64,000 nt of DNA from Candidatus Cloacimonadales bacterium. Lineage in GTDB: Bacteria; Cloacimonadota; Cloacimonadia; Cloacimonadales; JAFGVF01. The notes beneath the pieces were generated by a model. The model did not search any database, had not been told where the DNA came from, and saw only the letters and a list, made by a program, of their open reading frames with translations. The stretch covers positions 2,176,001 to 2,240,000 of the forward strand of contig OY762964.1 in the NCBI GenBank assembly GCA_963667035.1. Direction: 5' to 3'. This document shows positions 31,899 through 41,681 of the stretch, one piece after another. How positions within the stretch are numbered: the stretch's first letter is position 1; each line of letters starts with the position of its first letter. The translations under genes were made by a program, and so were the position numbers.

Positions 31899-31957
31899 AT
31901 TATATCCTTGTTATTTATGATTAATGTAAGATATTATAACCTCGCATTTCAGTATAG

Positions 31958-31999
31958 AAAAAAAAGCATCAGCACATATAAAAATTGTGTTGATGCTTT
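31958..31999 (-). terminator. Terminator hairpin downstream of the vWA remnant
   Basis: A-run + AAAGCATCAGCACA...TGTGTTGATGCTTT. Confidence 0.65.
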
Positions 32000-32016
32000 A
32001 AATTATTCCGGATTAT

Positions 32017-32540
32017 CTAGTTATCTTGAAGTAGCTCTGCTTTCTCTACTAGTTGCATAACTTCGGCTCTATATCCGAACTTATCTTCTCCTATATGATT
32101 TCTTCGCTAGATTCTTTACAAGTTCCCAATCAGCGTTCCATTTAAACTCATTGTATTGACGCATGAAATCCATAAGCTGCAACAACTGCAGAGAAACGGA
32201 AGTTATCACTTGTTCTCTTCAATGTTTGCACAACATCCGGAACTGCTCTTTCGATAAGTTTACTCTTAGTCCCTTTAGGTTCTTTATATCTGAGTTTAAC
32301 AAAGAGGAGTTCATCGATATGAGAATCGGAAACCTTCCGTGGTTCAGGCTTAGGTTTATTTTGATACCTGCTTGGGTCCTTTTCGAATTAAACCAGAATC
32401 TCTTACATCAAGATCTAATTCAACTGATCGTTTGTTTAGAGTAGCATTCTGAGTACTGTTCCCTCCTGTATTAACTCTAAGCTTCTCAATTGTCTCGGCT
32501 GCATAACTAATCTTAATTACTTTAATATTATATACTCCCA
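32017..32540 (-). pseudogene. Internally deleted remnant of a vWA (YfbK-like) gene
   Basis: 32017-~32380 is homologous to the 3' end of 56370-58688; ~32400-32540 is homologous to ~53704-53838. Confidence 0.85.
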
Positions 32541-32657
32541 ATATTTTCATGTATCAATCTTTATTTTGATTTTGAGTTATATTGTACATTTTACTATTGA
32601 ATAAATGGGAGTATTTCCAAAAGGTCACAAAATGTTGTGCCTCTACGATAAGCATAT

Positions 32658-32812
32658 CGTCCTGTATAAAGTAGACACACTAAAACTAAAGGAGAATAAC
32701 TGTTTTTAAAATTAAGTAAGAAAACAGCATTTAGTTTGGTGAAATATTTGAACGGAAAATAGTTAAAGAAATAGAAGATGGAGTCCTACTCATATACTAA
32801 ACAAGAGCTATT
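32658..32812 (+). mobile_element. IS3-family left-end remnant
   Basis: CGTCCTGTATAAAGTAGACAC matches the end at 52121, followed by decayed orfA sequence (AGTTAAAGAAATAGAAGATGGAGT). Confidence 0.75.
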
Positions 32813-33020
32813 AGTAATCCTATAGTGAAGTTATCTACATCTCGTGCATAAGTTAAATAATATAGATATTTCTGTTAAACAACTGTCAGTTTCCAGTTAA
32901 GAGATTCTTAATATCAATACAGAAAAACAGTTAAATAGGAGAGAGTATATCAGTAAAAAAAGCTGTCAAAAGTGTTGACAATTTAGCCTCTACTTCAAAT
33001 CTCCGTGAAAGGAGAAAAGA

Positions 33021-33329
33021 ATGACAGTTTGCGGAGTTGTTTGTGAATCAGAGTGTTCAGCATTTGGAGATTCATGCAAAGGATGCAGGCAATTGGACGG
33101 AAGAGTTAGTTGGGTCCCTGATATTGGGGAAACAACTTGTCCTATCTTTACATATGTTAAAGAAAGCAACTATACATCATGCGGAGTATGCTCTAAGAAG
33201 CCATGTGATATATGGTTAATTGAAACAAAAAAAACTTCTGTGACCGAGCAAGAGTTCTTTAAAGATATTAATAGCAGATTAAATAATCTTCGCAAATCGA
33301 ACTCATGTATTCTTACGAAAAACACTTGA
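33021..33329 (+). CDS. Small Cys-rich protein (DUF3795-like)
   Basis: CG..C...C, CKGC, CPI, CG.C...PC; AAGGAG RBS. Confidence 0.75.
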   Translation: MTVCGVVCESECSAFGDSCKGCRQLDGRVSWVPDIGETTCPIFTYVKESNYTSCGVCSKKPCDIWLIETKKTSVTEQEFFKDINSRLNNLRKSNSCILTKNT

Positions 33330-33473
33330 TAGAAGATAAATTTATTTGGATAGTTAATTCAAAGTCATATTTCTTAATAATAACGATAAATATTGTTTGA
33401 CACTGTTAAAATGGAATATTTATTGCAATAAATTTTCAAGATATCTTATAATAACCGTTATGATGAGGTTTAG

Positions 33474-34664
33474 ATGATAGTTTTAATAATTGCAACAGCC
33501 GTATTGGTGTTGTACTGGGTGTATGAATATATCCGCCATCAAATGAATGTCAGAAACATCCCGATTCGTATTCATGTAAATGGAACGAGAGGGAAATCGA
33601 GTGTAACCAGACTAATAACTGCCGGATTAAGAAATGGTGGGATACCAACTGTGGCTAAGATTACAGGAACACTTCCACGTTTCATTATGAGAGGTGGTGA
33701 AGAGGCTGCTATTATTCGTTTGGCAGGAGCAAATATACTTGAGCAGAAATATATGTTCCGTTATGCTGCCGACATGAAACCACAAGCATTTGTTATTGAA
33801 TGTATGGCTGTTAATCCTGTTTACCAATGGATAACAGAGAAACATTTTGTTAAGGCAACTCATTCAGTTATCACCAACAGCAGGCTTGACCATACTGATT
33901 TAATGGGACCTACCGTTGAATCTGTAACTCAATGCTTATGTAACACAATTCCAAAGAACGGTGAATGTTTTACAGCCGAAGAGAAGATGTTCCCAATAAT
34001 GAAACATGTAGCTGATAAACGTTCCTGTAAAATTCACAAGGTTCGTCCTTATGATGTGACTCCTGAAGAAATGATGAAGTTCTCATACATTGAGCATGAA
34101 GAGAACGTCCAACTTGCCTTGGAAGTTTGTCTTAAACTTGGTGTAAAAAGACAAGATGCTCTTGAAGGTATGTGGAAATCACATCCTGATCCTGGGGCTT
34201 TGACCAAGTATACTGTTAAAGATAATGGTAAGGAAATTACTTTTTACAATGTGTTTGCTGCCAATGACCCCGATTCTTCCAATTTCATCTGGGATTTAAT
34301 ATCAAAGAAACTGTCTAAGGATACTCATAAATTCTTGATTATCAATAGTAGATCCGATAGGTATTATCGTTCTCAACAGCTAATCGAAGCAATGGGACAT
34401 CAGAATTATGATTACATGATTCTTACAGGTGAAATTCCTGAGAAAGTTGAATCTTTTGCTCTCCATCACGGAATTAAAAGAGATAAACTTGTTACAATGG
34501 GCGAAGTGCTACCCGAAAAAATATATCAAGAAATATACAAAAGAACCGATAAAGAAGCCCATGTCATCGGTGTAGGCAATATCGCCGGTGAAAGAAAATA
34601 CGGTGCGACTATTGTTGCTCATTTTAAACATAAATCAAGACAAAATAATAAGGAAAATAAATAG
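33474..34664 (+). CDS. pgsB: Poly-gamma-glutamate synthase PgsB/CapB
   Basis: RIHVNGTRGKSSVTRL, ECMAVNP, DHTDLMG, HPDPGA, FAANDP. Confidence 0.95.
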   Translation: MIVLIIATAVLVLYWVYEYIRHQMNVRNIPIRIHVNGTRGKSSVTRLITAGLRNGGIPTVAKITGTLPRFIMRGGEEAAIIRLAGANILEQKYMFRYAADMKPQAFVIECMAVNPVYQWITEKHFVKATHSVITNSRLDHTDLMGPTVESVTQCLCNTIPKNGECFTAEEKMFPIMKHVADKRSCKIHKVRPYDVTPEEMMKFSYIEHEENVQLALEVCLKLGVKRQDALEGMWKSHPDPGALTKYTVKDNGKEITFYNVFAANDPDSSNFIWDLISKKLSKDTHKFLIINSRSDRYYRSQQLIEAMGHQNYDYMILTGEIPEKVESFALHHGIKRDKLVTMGEVLPEKIYQEIYKRTDKEAHVIGVGNIAGERKYGATIVAHFKHKSRQNNKENK

Positions 34665-34673
34665 GAGGAATCA

Positions 34674-35129
34674 GTGGTTGAAGCCGCAGTTGGTATTGGC
34701 GTCATAATCAGTTTAATATTTGCAGAGCTTCTCGGTGCTTCAGCAGGTGGTATTGTTGTGCCGGGTTATATTGCAATGTATTTAGACAAACCGATGCAAA
34801 TTATCGGTACTTTACTTGTCAGCCTCGTGACATGGGGATTAATACGATTAATTTCCCAAGTAACATTATTATTCGGAAGACGTAGAATGGTTTTAGCTAT
34901 TCTCTTAGGTTTTATTGTTGGTTGGGCATCAAGGCACCTAGTCTTTCATAACATGTCCATTTATGACCTGGAAATGCAATCAATCGGTTACATTGTTCCT
35001 GGTCTTATAGCTAACTGGATGGAAAGACAAGGTGTTGTAAAAACAATTTCAACCATGATTATTGCTGCTGTATTTGTCAGACTTTTAATCATGCTGATTT
35101 CAGGTGGAGAGGTGGTGTTTAATGTATAG
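34674..35129 (+). CDS. pgsC: Poly-gamma-glutamate biosynthesis protein PgsC/CapC
   Basis: GGIVVPGYIA, LFGRRR, IGYIVPGLIANW..RQG. Confidence 0.95.
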   Translation: MVEAAVGIGVIISLIFAELLGASAGGIVVPGYIAMYLDKPMQIIGTLLVSLVTWGLIRLISQVTLLFGRRRMVLAILLGFIVGWASRHLVFHNMSIYDLEMQSIGYIVPGLIANWMERQGVVKTISTMIIAAVFVRLLIMLISGGEVVFNV

Positions 35130-36255
35130 ACCTTCATTAAGATCAAATTGGAGCTTAGCTATCCTTGCAATACTAAGTCTCGTCCTTTTCTATTTTGCCC
35201 AAACAAGTAAGAAAACAATTAAGACAAATCATTACAATTTGAAACTTAAAGCTGCAAATGAAATGCAAACAATGATGAGCGTAGTTAAAACAGCTTACGA
35301 AAGTGAAGATTTAAACTACAATGTGCTTGATGACCCTCATAAAACAGGTTTGATCGGTAGAAAAGTAACTACTATCACAACAAGTAGAGGTCTTCTTTAT
35401 GATAAACAAACAGCTATTAATCCTAACTTTGCCGCTGTATATGTAGAACAGCTTAAACAAGCAAAAGTGAAGAAAGATGATTATATTGCTGTAGGTATTA
35501 CCGGCTCAACCCCTGCGGCTAACCTTGCACTTTATGCAGCCTTAAAAGTGATTGAAGCTAAACCGATAATCATCACCGCAAACGGTTCTGCCATGTATGG
35601 AGCAAACAGAGAAAACTTTACTTGGCTCGATATTGAAAGAGTACTTAATGAGAAAGGTCTCATCAATTTCAAGAGCATTTATGCTTCTTTCGGTGGTAAT
35701 GATGATAGAGGCAAGGGCTTATCGGATGTTGGATTGGAAAATCTTGCCAACTCGATTACAAGAAACAACGTTAAGTTGATACACGGTAAGAGTTTAAGAG
35801 AGAATATTGAACTTAGAGAGAAAGCTTATTCAAACAGTTTACCTGAAGGTACACGTTATAAAGCTTTTGTTAATATAGGATCCGGTTTAGCTAATGTTGG
35901 TAGTGCTATTAATGCTAAACTTGTTAATAACGGTGTAAACAGAAAACTTGCTGAGAAAGAATTCAGTAATCCCGGAGTAATGTTCAGCTTTGCCAAAAAA
36001 GGTGTACCTGTGATACATACTTTCAGAGTTAGACCATTGGCTGAGAAATACGGAATGCCTGTTGCCGTTAGTAAATCAGAGAAACCTTTTGAGATGCAAA
36101 CTCCCGGAGAAGGAGAAATATTTAGCTCAGTTATAAATAATCCTACTGTAATAGCTATCTGTTTCATAGTTCTCTTAATAGCTATTGCTGCTGTTGTTGT
36201 CTTCGACAGACATGACAGAAAGTTTGCTAAGAACATCGTTGCTCACGAAGACTAA
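35122..36255 (+). CDS. Poly-gamma-glutamate system protein (PgsW-like)
   Basis: TGLIG...T.ITTS.G....K.T..NPNFAA, SAMYGAN, GG.DD.G, FVNIG, GVPVIH; follows pgsBC. Confidence 0.8.
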   Translation: MYRPSLRSNWSLAILAILSLVLFYFAQTSKKTIKTNHYNLKLKAANEMQTMMSVVKTAYESEDLNYNVLDDPHKTGLIGRKVTTITTSRGLLYDKQTAINPNFAAVYVEQLKQAKVKKDDYIAVGITGSTPAANLALYAALKVIEAKPIIITANGSAMYGANRENFTWLDIERVLNEKGLINFKSIYASFGGNDDRGKGLSDVGLENLANSITRNNVKLIHGKSLRENIELREKAYSNSLPEGTRYKAFVNIGSGLANVGSAINAKLVNNGVNRKLAEKEFSNPGVMFSFAKKGVPVIHTFRVRPLAEKYGMPVAVSKSEKPFEMQTPGEGEIFSSVINNPTVIAICFIVLLIAIAAVVVFDRHDRKFAKNIVAHED

Positions 36256-36264
36256 GAAGGAATT

Positions 36265-37086
36265 ATGAAAAGATTAGTTATTATTTGTCTTATCTTAGTA
36301 ACATTATTACCTATACTGGCTCTTGATAAGGTAATTTACAGAACAAAGGATTTCAGTAATCATGGAACTCGCAGATTAGTTAATACAAATGATAGAAAGG
36401 TATTCTACTATCGCTCTGTAAGAGGAGACGATTTAGTCATGCTTAAGCCTGTTGCAGGAGAATATACGTTAAAATCTATTTCAAAAGCTCAAGATTTATC
36501 CTTAGATTTTGATTTGATAATTGATGGGAATATTACTTCTGTCCATATTACTCAAATGGGCTTTAATAATGAGTATGTATTCTTTAACGAATACAAACTT
36601 AACATACCCAAAGGAGTTGAAGAAGTTAGAATAAGAACTCTTAACAGAAATGCTTATTTCCGCTTTTTCAAGAAAGCTGTGTTACATCTTTCCGAAGAGC
36701 CAATAGCTATAACTCCTGAGAAATACCTTAGAAAACAGATTGTTAGAAGCTCAAAATCAGAGAGTGAATATTTTGTAGCCGATGAAGGTAATGAGATTGA
36801 ATTTACTGTAGACGGTAGATTTGAGGTATACTTCTATGCCAGAGCCACTATCGTAGAGAATATTAAGCCTACCTTTGACATTTATCTCAATGATGAGCTT
36901 ATAAAAGCAGTTAACATCGATCTTAAGAAATCCGGGAAATATACCTGTGACGGATATGAATGCTTAAGTATAGGAAAGAAAATCGAGTTAGAAACCAATG
37001 AAGGCAATAATACTTTCAAGATTGTTCCACAGAATGCAAATCCAATCTTTGTTCGTATTATGAAAATAAGAAAGAGAGTTAACTAA
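36265..37086 (+). CDS. Hypothetical exported beta-rich protein
   Basis: Signal peptide; tightly coupled within the pgs operon. Confidence 0.6.
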   Translation: MKRLVIICLILVTLLPILALDKVIYRTKDFSNHGTRRLVNTNDRKVFYYRSVRGDDLVMLKPVAGEYTLKSISKAQDLSLDFDLIIDGNITSVHITQMGFNNEYVFFNEYKLNIPKGVEEVRIRTLNRNAYFRFFKKAVLHLSEEPIAITPEKYLRKQIVRSSKSESEYFVADEGNEIEFTVDGRFEVYFYARATIVENIKPTFDIYLNDELIKAVNIDLKKSGKYTCDGYECLSIGKKIELETNEGNNTFKIVPQNANPIFVRIMKIRKRVN

Positions 37087-38138
37087 TGCGTATTTTTTTA
37101 TTAGTCTGTTTATCGTTCCTATTGTTACCTCTTTTCTCTGTACCTGTCACAATTGACTATTCTTTGGAAACAGAGTATAGTGATAATATCTGGCATCTTT
37201 CAGACTATGATAGAGATAGAGCAGAAGCGGGAAGTGAAATCCTTCCATTTGTTGATACTATTGATGATTTCGTCATAAAATCAGATGTGAAAGCTGAATT
37301 GATTTATAAGTTGAGTAAGAAAGTTTCGATTGATCCTTTTGTAAAACTTGGCTATGATCACTATACATCAAACACTGATAAATCTAAAAGCAGTATCCTT
37401 ACTGGAGTTCAAGTTAACTATAAACCATTTAGTTTCAATCTTGAATATGGTTATTATCCGGATACATACGTAAGAGATTATAAGGACAATGACAATAGCC
37501 TCTACAGTGGTACAGGTCATTATGAAAAGTTTGAATATGATAAGAATCTTTACAAGGTAAGATTGGGTTGGAGACCGATGATTAAACATCGTTTCTTCAT
37601 AGAATCAAAACTTGAAGATTATTGTTATAACGAATATTTCACAGAATATGATGGGACTTCTTACTCATATGAGCTAGGTTGGAGAGGTTCTTTCCCAGGA
37701 TTGTATCTTGATTTCTCATACACATTCAAAGAATTTACTACTGATGATGACATCGAATCACTTTATACAGATGAAGTTAATTGGGACATAATTCCATCTG
37801 ACTCATCTTATGAAAGCGATACATTCGATTTAGGCTTAACTTTAAAAAAGGTTGATACTGACTGGGATAATGTTAAGTATAGATTTACTTTTGATTTTGC
37901 ATTCGATAAGCGTTATTATCAGGGTGGAGATGAGTACCATAATAAAAGAGAAGATACTAAGTCAACAGTATCTCCTTCTGTTATCTTCTATTTAGGAGAT
38001 AGTGTAGATATTCATCTTGACTATTCTTATTGTAATCGTACGGTTGAATCTCCATATAACTCAGTGCCTAGATACAAAGAGTATTCAGAGAATACTGTTT
38101 CAATAGGCTTTGGTTATAAGTTTGACTTATTAGATTAA
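37086..38138 (+). CDS. Putative outer-membrane beta-barrel protein
   Basis: Signal peptide, Tyr/Asp-rich amphipathic strands, C-terminal SIGFGYKF; TAATG overlap with the previous gene. Confidence 0.7.
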   Translation: MRIFLLVCLSFLLLPLFSVPVTIDYSLETEYSDNIWHLSDYDRDRAEAGSEILPFVDTIDDFVIKSDVKAELIYKLSKKVSIDPFVKLGYDHYTSNTDKSKSSILTGVQVNYKPFSFNLEYGYYPDTYVRDYKDNDNSLYSGTGHYEKFEYDKNLYKVRLGWRPMIKHRFFIESKLEDYCYNEYFTEYDGTSYSYELGWRGSFPGLYLDFSYTFKEFTTDDDIESLYTDEVNWDIIPSDSSYESDTFDLGLTLKKVDTDWDNVKYRFTFDFAFDKRYYQGGDEYHNKREDTKSTVSPSVIFYLGDSVDIHLDYSYCNRTVESPYNSVPRYKEYSENTVSIGFGYKFDLLD

Positions 38139-38150
38139 GGAGTGTCAATC

Positions 38151-38426
38151 ATGATGCAAAAGGAATCTCGTAGAGAAAAAATAGTTGAATTTCTGCAAAT
38201 GACAGAGAATCCGACTGTTGAATTACGTAAGTATTCCAAACCGGTACTAGTATGGCAAGTGTCAGAAGGTACTGTTCAATATTCTATCTGGGAAGCAGAT
38301 ATTCTTGAAAGATTTGGTTTGGAAAACGTAGATGGATGGGATTTCGAAGAAGATGCCCTTTTCTGCCCTGACTGGGTAGTCGAGGATGAAGACTGGTATG
38401 ACGACGATGACGACGATGACTTTTAG
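38151..38426 (+). CDS. Small acidic hypothetical protein
   Basis: AAGGAG RBS; Asp-rich tail. Confidence 0.6.
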   Translation: MMQKESRREKIVEFLQMTENPTVELRKYSKPVLVWQVSEGTVQYSIWEADILERFGLENVDGWDFEEDALFCPDWVVEDEDWYDDDDDDDF

Positions 38427-38453
38427 TCATAAAATTAAGGGTGATTAGTTTTT

Positions 38454-38480
38454 GAGCCGGAAATATCCGGCTTTTTCTTT
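38454..38480 (+). terminator. Intrinsic terminator
   Basis: GAGCCGGA AATA TCCGGCTT followed by a T-run. Confidence 0.7.
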
Positions 38481-38490
38481 AGGAGTTATT

Positions 38491-39504
38491 ATGCAAAGAA
38501 TTAAAATTATTGGTGGTGGTAGCTGGGGATTGGCACTTGCAAATCTTCTCGCTGTGAATGGTCATGAAGTTTCCGTGTGGGAATTTGATCAACAAAGAGC
38601 TGAAGAACTGATTAGTACACACTCTAACTCTGTCTTTCTTCCCGGTATCAGATTACATGATTCAATTATGTTTAGTAACTCTCTAAAAGAAGTAGTCCAA
38701 GGTGAATTTGATATATTATTGTTTGCTGTTCCTTCTCAAGTTGTTCGTACGGTAGCTAAAAAGGTTGGAACTCTACTTAGCCCTACTTCAGGATTGAAAG
38801 CAATTGTTAATGTTGCTAAAGGAGTAGAAAAAAAGACTCTCAAACGCATGTCTGAAGTTCTGTCGGATTCTCTATCGAAAGAATTCTCTGATATGATTAT
38901 GACCCTTTCAGGTCCAAGCCATGCTGAGGAAGTTGCAAAAGAAGTATCCACTGCTGTTGTAATAGCAGGTTCAACCAGAGCAAATCAAACTCTGATACAA
39001 AAAACCTTCAGTAATGATTATTTTAGGGTTTATCGATCTAATGACCTCATTGGTGTAGAACTTGGCGGTTCCGTGAAAAATATCATTGCCATAGCTGCTG
39101 GTATAACTGTAGGCTTAGGACTTGGTGACAATACCATGGGAGCTCTTTTAACGAGAGGAGTAGCAGAAGTTAAAAGACTTGGAATAGTTATGGGTGCAAA
39201 TCCCGAGACATTTCTCGGACTATCGGGAATTGGTGATCTTATTACAACCTCTATGAGTAAACATAGTAGAAATAGATATGTTGGTTTCGAGATAGGAAAG
39301 GGTAAAACACTTACGGAAGTTTTGTCATCAATGCAGATGGTTGCTGAAGGTGTTGATTCTACTGTTTCCGTACACGAATTGAGTAATAAATATGAAGTGG
39401 AAATGCCAATTACAGGTCAAGTGTATGAAGTGTTGTTTAATGAAAAAGACCCTAAAGACGCAATTAGATCTTTAATGACAAGGTCTTTGAAAGAGGAAGA
39501 CTAG
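38491..39504 (+). CDS. gpsA: NAD(P)H-dependent glycerol-3-phosphate dehydrogenase
   Basis: GGGSWG, SGPSHAEEV, KNIIAIAAG, GIGDLITT, SRNR. Confidence 0.97.
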   Translation: MQRIKIIGGGSWGLALANLLAVNGHEVSVWEFDQQRAEELISTHSNSVFLPGIRLHDSIMFSNSLKEVVQGEFDILLFAVPSQVVRTVAKKVGTLLSPTSGLKAIVNVAKGVEKKTLKRMSEVLSDSLSKEFSDMIMTLSGPSHAEEVAKEVSTAVVIAGSTRANQTLIQKTFSNDYFRVYRSNDLIGVELGGSVKNIIAIAAGITVGLGLGDNTMGALLTRGVAEVKRLGIVMGANPETFLGLSGIGDLITTSMSKHSRNRYVGFEIGKGKTLTEVLSSMQMVAEGVDSTVSVHELSNKYEVEMPITGQVYEVLFNEKDPKDAIRSLMTRSLKEED

Positions 39505-39507
39505 AAG

Positions 39508-40629
39508 CTAAGCTCCTAGTCCTCTAAAGTCTATATATGCTTTGTTTTTACTGTTTGTTACATCAGGAGTAACTTGTATTAATCTGTTATAAATCTTTTC
39601 AATCATTTCCTTATTATTATCTTCGGATGTATAATAAACAAACTGCTTTGCACTGTCATGTTTTATTGCTAAACTGACAATGTTCTCTCGAGGCTCAAAT
39701 AACAGAACCGAGAAAGAGTAAGTAAATATTATCTCTCTCATCACCTTTCCAAAGGCTTCTATTTCTCTATTAGAGTCACAGCAAGAATCTATGGACTCAG
39801 CTTCACTTATGTATTTCAGATAGTTATTCTTATCTTCTTTTAAATCACTATATCTAACAAAAAGCTTCTTTTTACCTATCTCAGGTGTTACTTGAACAAG
39901 GATTGTCTCCACTATACTTGGATTACCATTGTTACTAACTATAACATCTTCATACTCTATTCTCTCAAACTCCGATTGAATCACTTCGTATGAATTTTTA
40001 CCGAAGCTACTTGGGTCAATCGTTTTTATACCTAATCCTCTAAAGTCTAGAGTCTCACTTTTACACTCACTACAAGTTTTAGGAGTATAGCTGCTTAGTT
40101 TCATGTATACTTTAGCTACTTGATTATCTACATCCCTATCAAGAGCAAAGAAATCAAACGCTTTACCATCAGCTTTTCTTATAGCAATTCCGTATGGTTT
40201 CATCTCTTTCTCAATTAGCATAACTTCTGTGTTATCATTGAGTATAATCTCTTTAGATACCTTACCTACTCTTCTTATCTCTCTTAAGGATTCACATGTT
40301 GACCATATCTTACCATTCTTTACAATTGATTTTAACAAAGGTAATGCTTTACCCCTACTCCCTTTTAACTTTGTTTTCTTGTTTAACTCATCAATTGAGA
40401 ATATTAGAGTTTTGTCCTCACTCTTGTAGTTAACTATAACACTTACTTCTGTTATTATTTCTCTGGGATTATTAGGATTCCTTTTTGCGAAATGCCTGAT
40501 AGATTCATAGTCAGAGAGAATTGCTTCGACTTCATCACCGGACCCGGTAATAAAAGCTGGTGGAACTCAGCCTGATGCAAAAACATTTATTGTAAATAGA
40601 ACAGTTAAAACTAATATAACTACTTTCAT
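39508..40629 (-). CDS. Putative secreted selenoprotein, 373 aa, Sec at codon 21 (extends ORF 39508-40338)
   Basis: AAGGAG RBS; ATG overlaps the upstream TAA; MKVVILVLTVLFTINVFASG-TGA-VPPAFITGSG... stays in frame into the 276-aa ORF; SECIS-like hairpin follows the TGA. Confidence 0.72.
40530..40556 (-). promoter_or_regulatory. Putative bacterial SECIS element
   Basis: mRNA CUUUUAUUACCG-GGUC-CGGUGAUGAAG, ~11-bp stem, loop starts 22 nt after the UGA. Confidence 0.7.
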
Positions 40630-41609
40630 TAGATCTCCTTTTGAAACTTTCTGATATGAAATAGCACGAGTACCCTCTTCACAATTCTCTTAGCCAACTC
40701 TTTTAATTCAAAAATATTAGCTACAGCAATCGTGAAATACTTCATTTTGGGATCTAAAGGCCATGATAACTCTGGGAATTTATAGCCCTCAGCTCTACCC
40801 CATTTGATGAATGCTAATATTGATTCCAAATATATTAGTTTCCTTTTGGGAAACCTTTTCCAGTAACGGGGTCTTCCTGGACCAAGATGTGCTAAATATA
40901 TCTCATTATCACTATCAAATTTACCACTTGTTAAGGGTGGCACCTCTCTTGAAAATGTTAGCAATGAGTTTAATACCGATTCATCTAATTGAGAATAAGC
41001 AGTAAGAGAGTAATCATAGGCTACACCGGTGTTGTAATTAGGCAATACTTTCATCATCTGCTTATGCCATTTCTCTATAAACCAAAGATAGTCTGTATGT
41101 ATAGATAGATTACCTCCGGCTACCGTATTCTTTCTCTGTGGACTATCTAGTTCATTAACATCTCTCTTCCATTGCTTAAGAATAATCATTGGAATACCAC
41201 CATATTCATCTTCACGGGTATAGTATTTTGAGAATACCCAACCGTCTTCTTTAGGGGATTTGAAACGAGCTGATAATGAGGGATTATCTTGCTTAAAGAA
41301 GGGAGTAATATCTCCAGTAGCAATGCAATCTCCATCAAAGAGACTGATTATTTCAAATCCGCAATCCTTAGCAGTAAGAATAGCTTCTGCTTTACGTGTC
41401 GTAGGATTCCTTAGATTACTCATATCAGCATCAAAAGTTCTTACATCTTCAAACTGTGAAAACAACTCTTTCTCTTCCTCAGATAAACCTACACATAAAA
41501 CATGTATATTAGTCTTTACTTTATAATATTTTAGAGACAGAATTAGGATAAATGTCGGTATTATATATCCATTGTCGGTAATTGTTACGACAACTGCCGA
41601 ATTTTTCAT
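40629..41609 (-). CDS. Putative GT-A fold glycosyltransferase (GT8-like)
   Basis: VVTITDNGY...ILSL start, FDGDC DxD motif, DESVLN. Confidence 0.6.
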   Translation of the reverse strand: MKNSAVVVTITDNGYIIPTFILILSLKYYKVKTNIHVLCVGLSEEEKELFSQFEDVRTFDADMSNLRNPTTRKAEAILTAKDCGFEIISLFDGDCIATGDITPFFKQDNPSLSARFKSPKEDGWVFSKYYTREDEYGGIPMIILKQWKRDVNELDSPQRKNTVAGGNLSIHTDYLWFIEKWHKQMMKVLPNYNTGVAYDYSLTAYSQLDESVLNSLLTFSREVPPLTSGKFDSDNEIYLAHLGPGRPRYWKRFPKRKLIYLESILAFIKWGRAEGYKFPELSWPLDPKMKYFTIAVANIFELKELAKRIVKRVLVLFHIRKFQKEI

Positions 41610-41681
41610 CTGACAACCCCCTTATTAGGTGTTAAAATAATGTAAATGCATGAAAAGTTGGCAATAAATAATTTTATGAAT

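Noticed and set aside
32163..32444. 93-aa plus-strand ORF and its near-twin at 58185-58481
   Set aside because: Both are antisense shadows of vWA gene sequence
40567..40569. Genome-wide UGA reassignment (genetic code 4 or 25)
   Set aside because: mutL and the YehS-like gene end in TGA at the expected lengths, and other genes lack internal TGA
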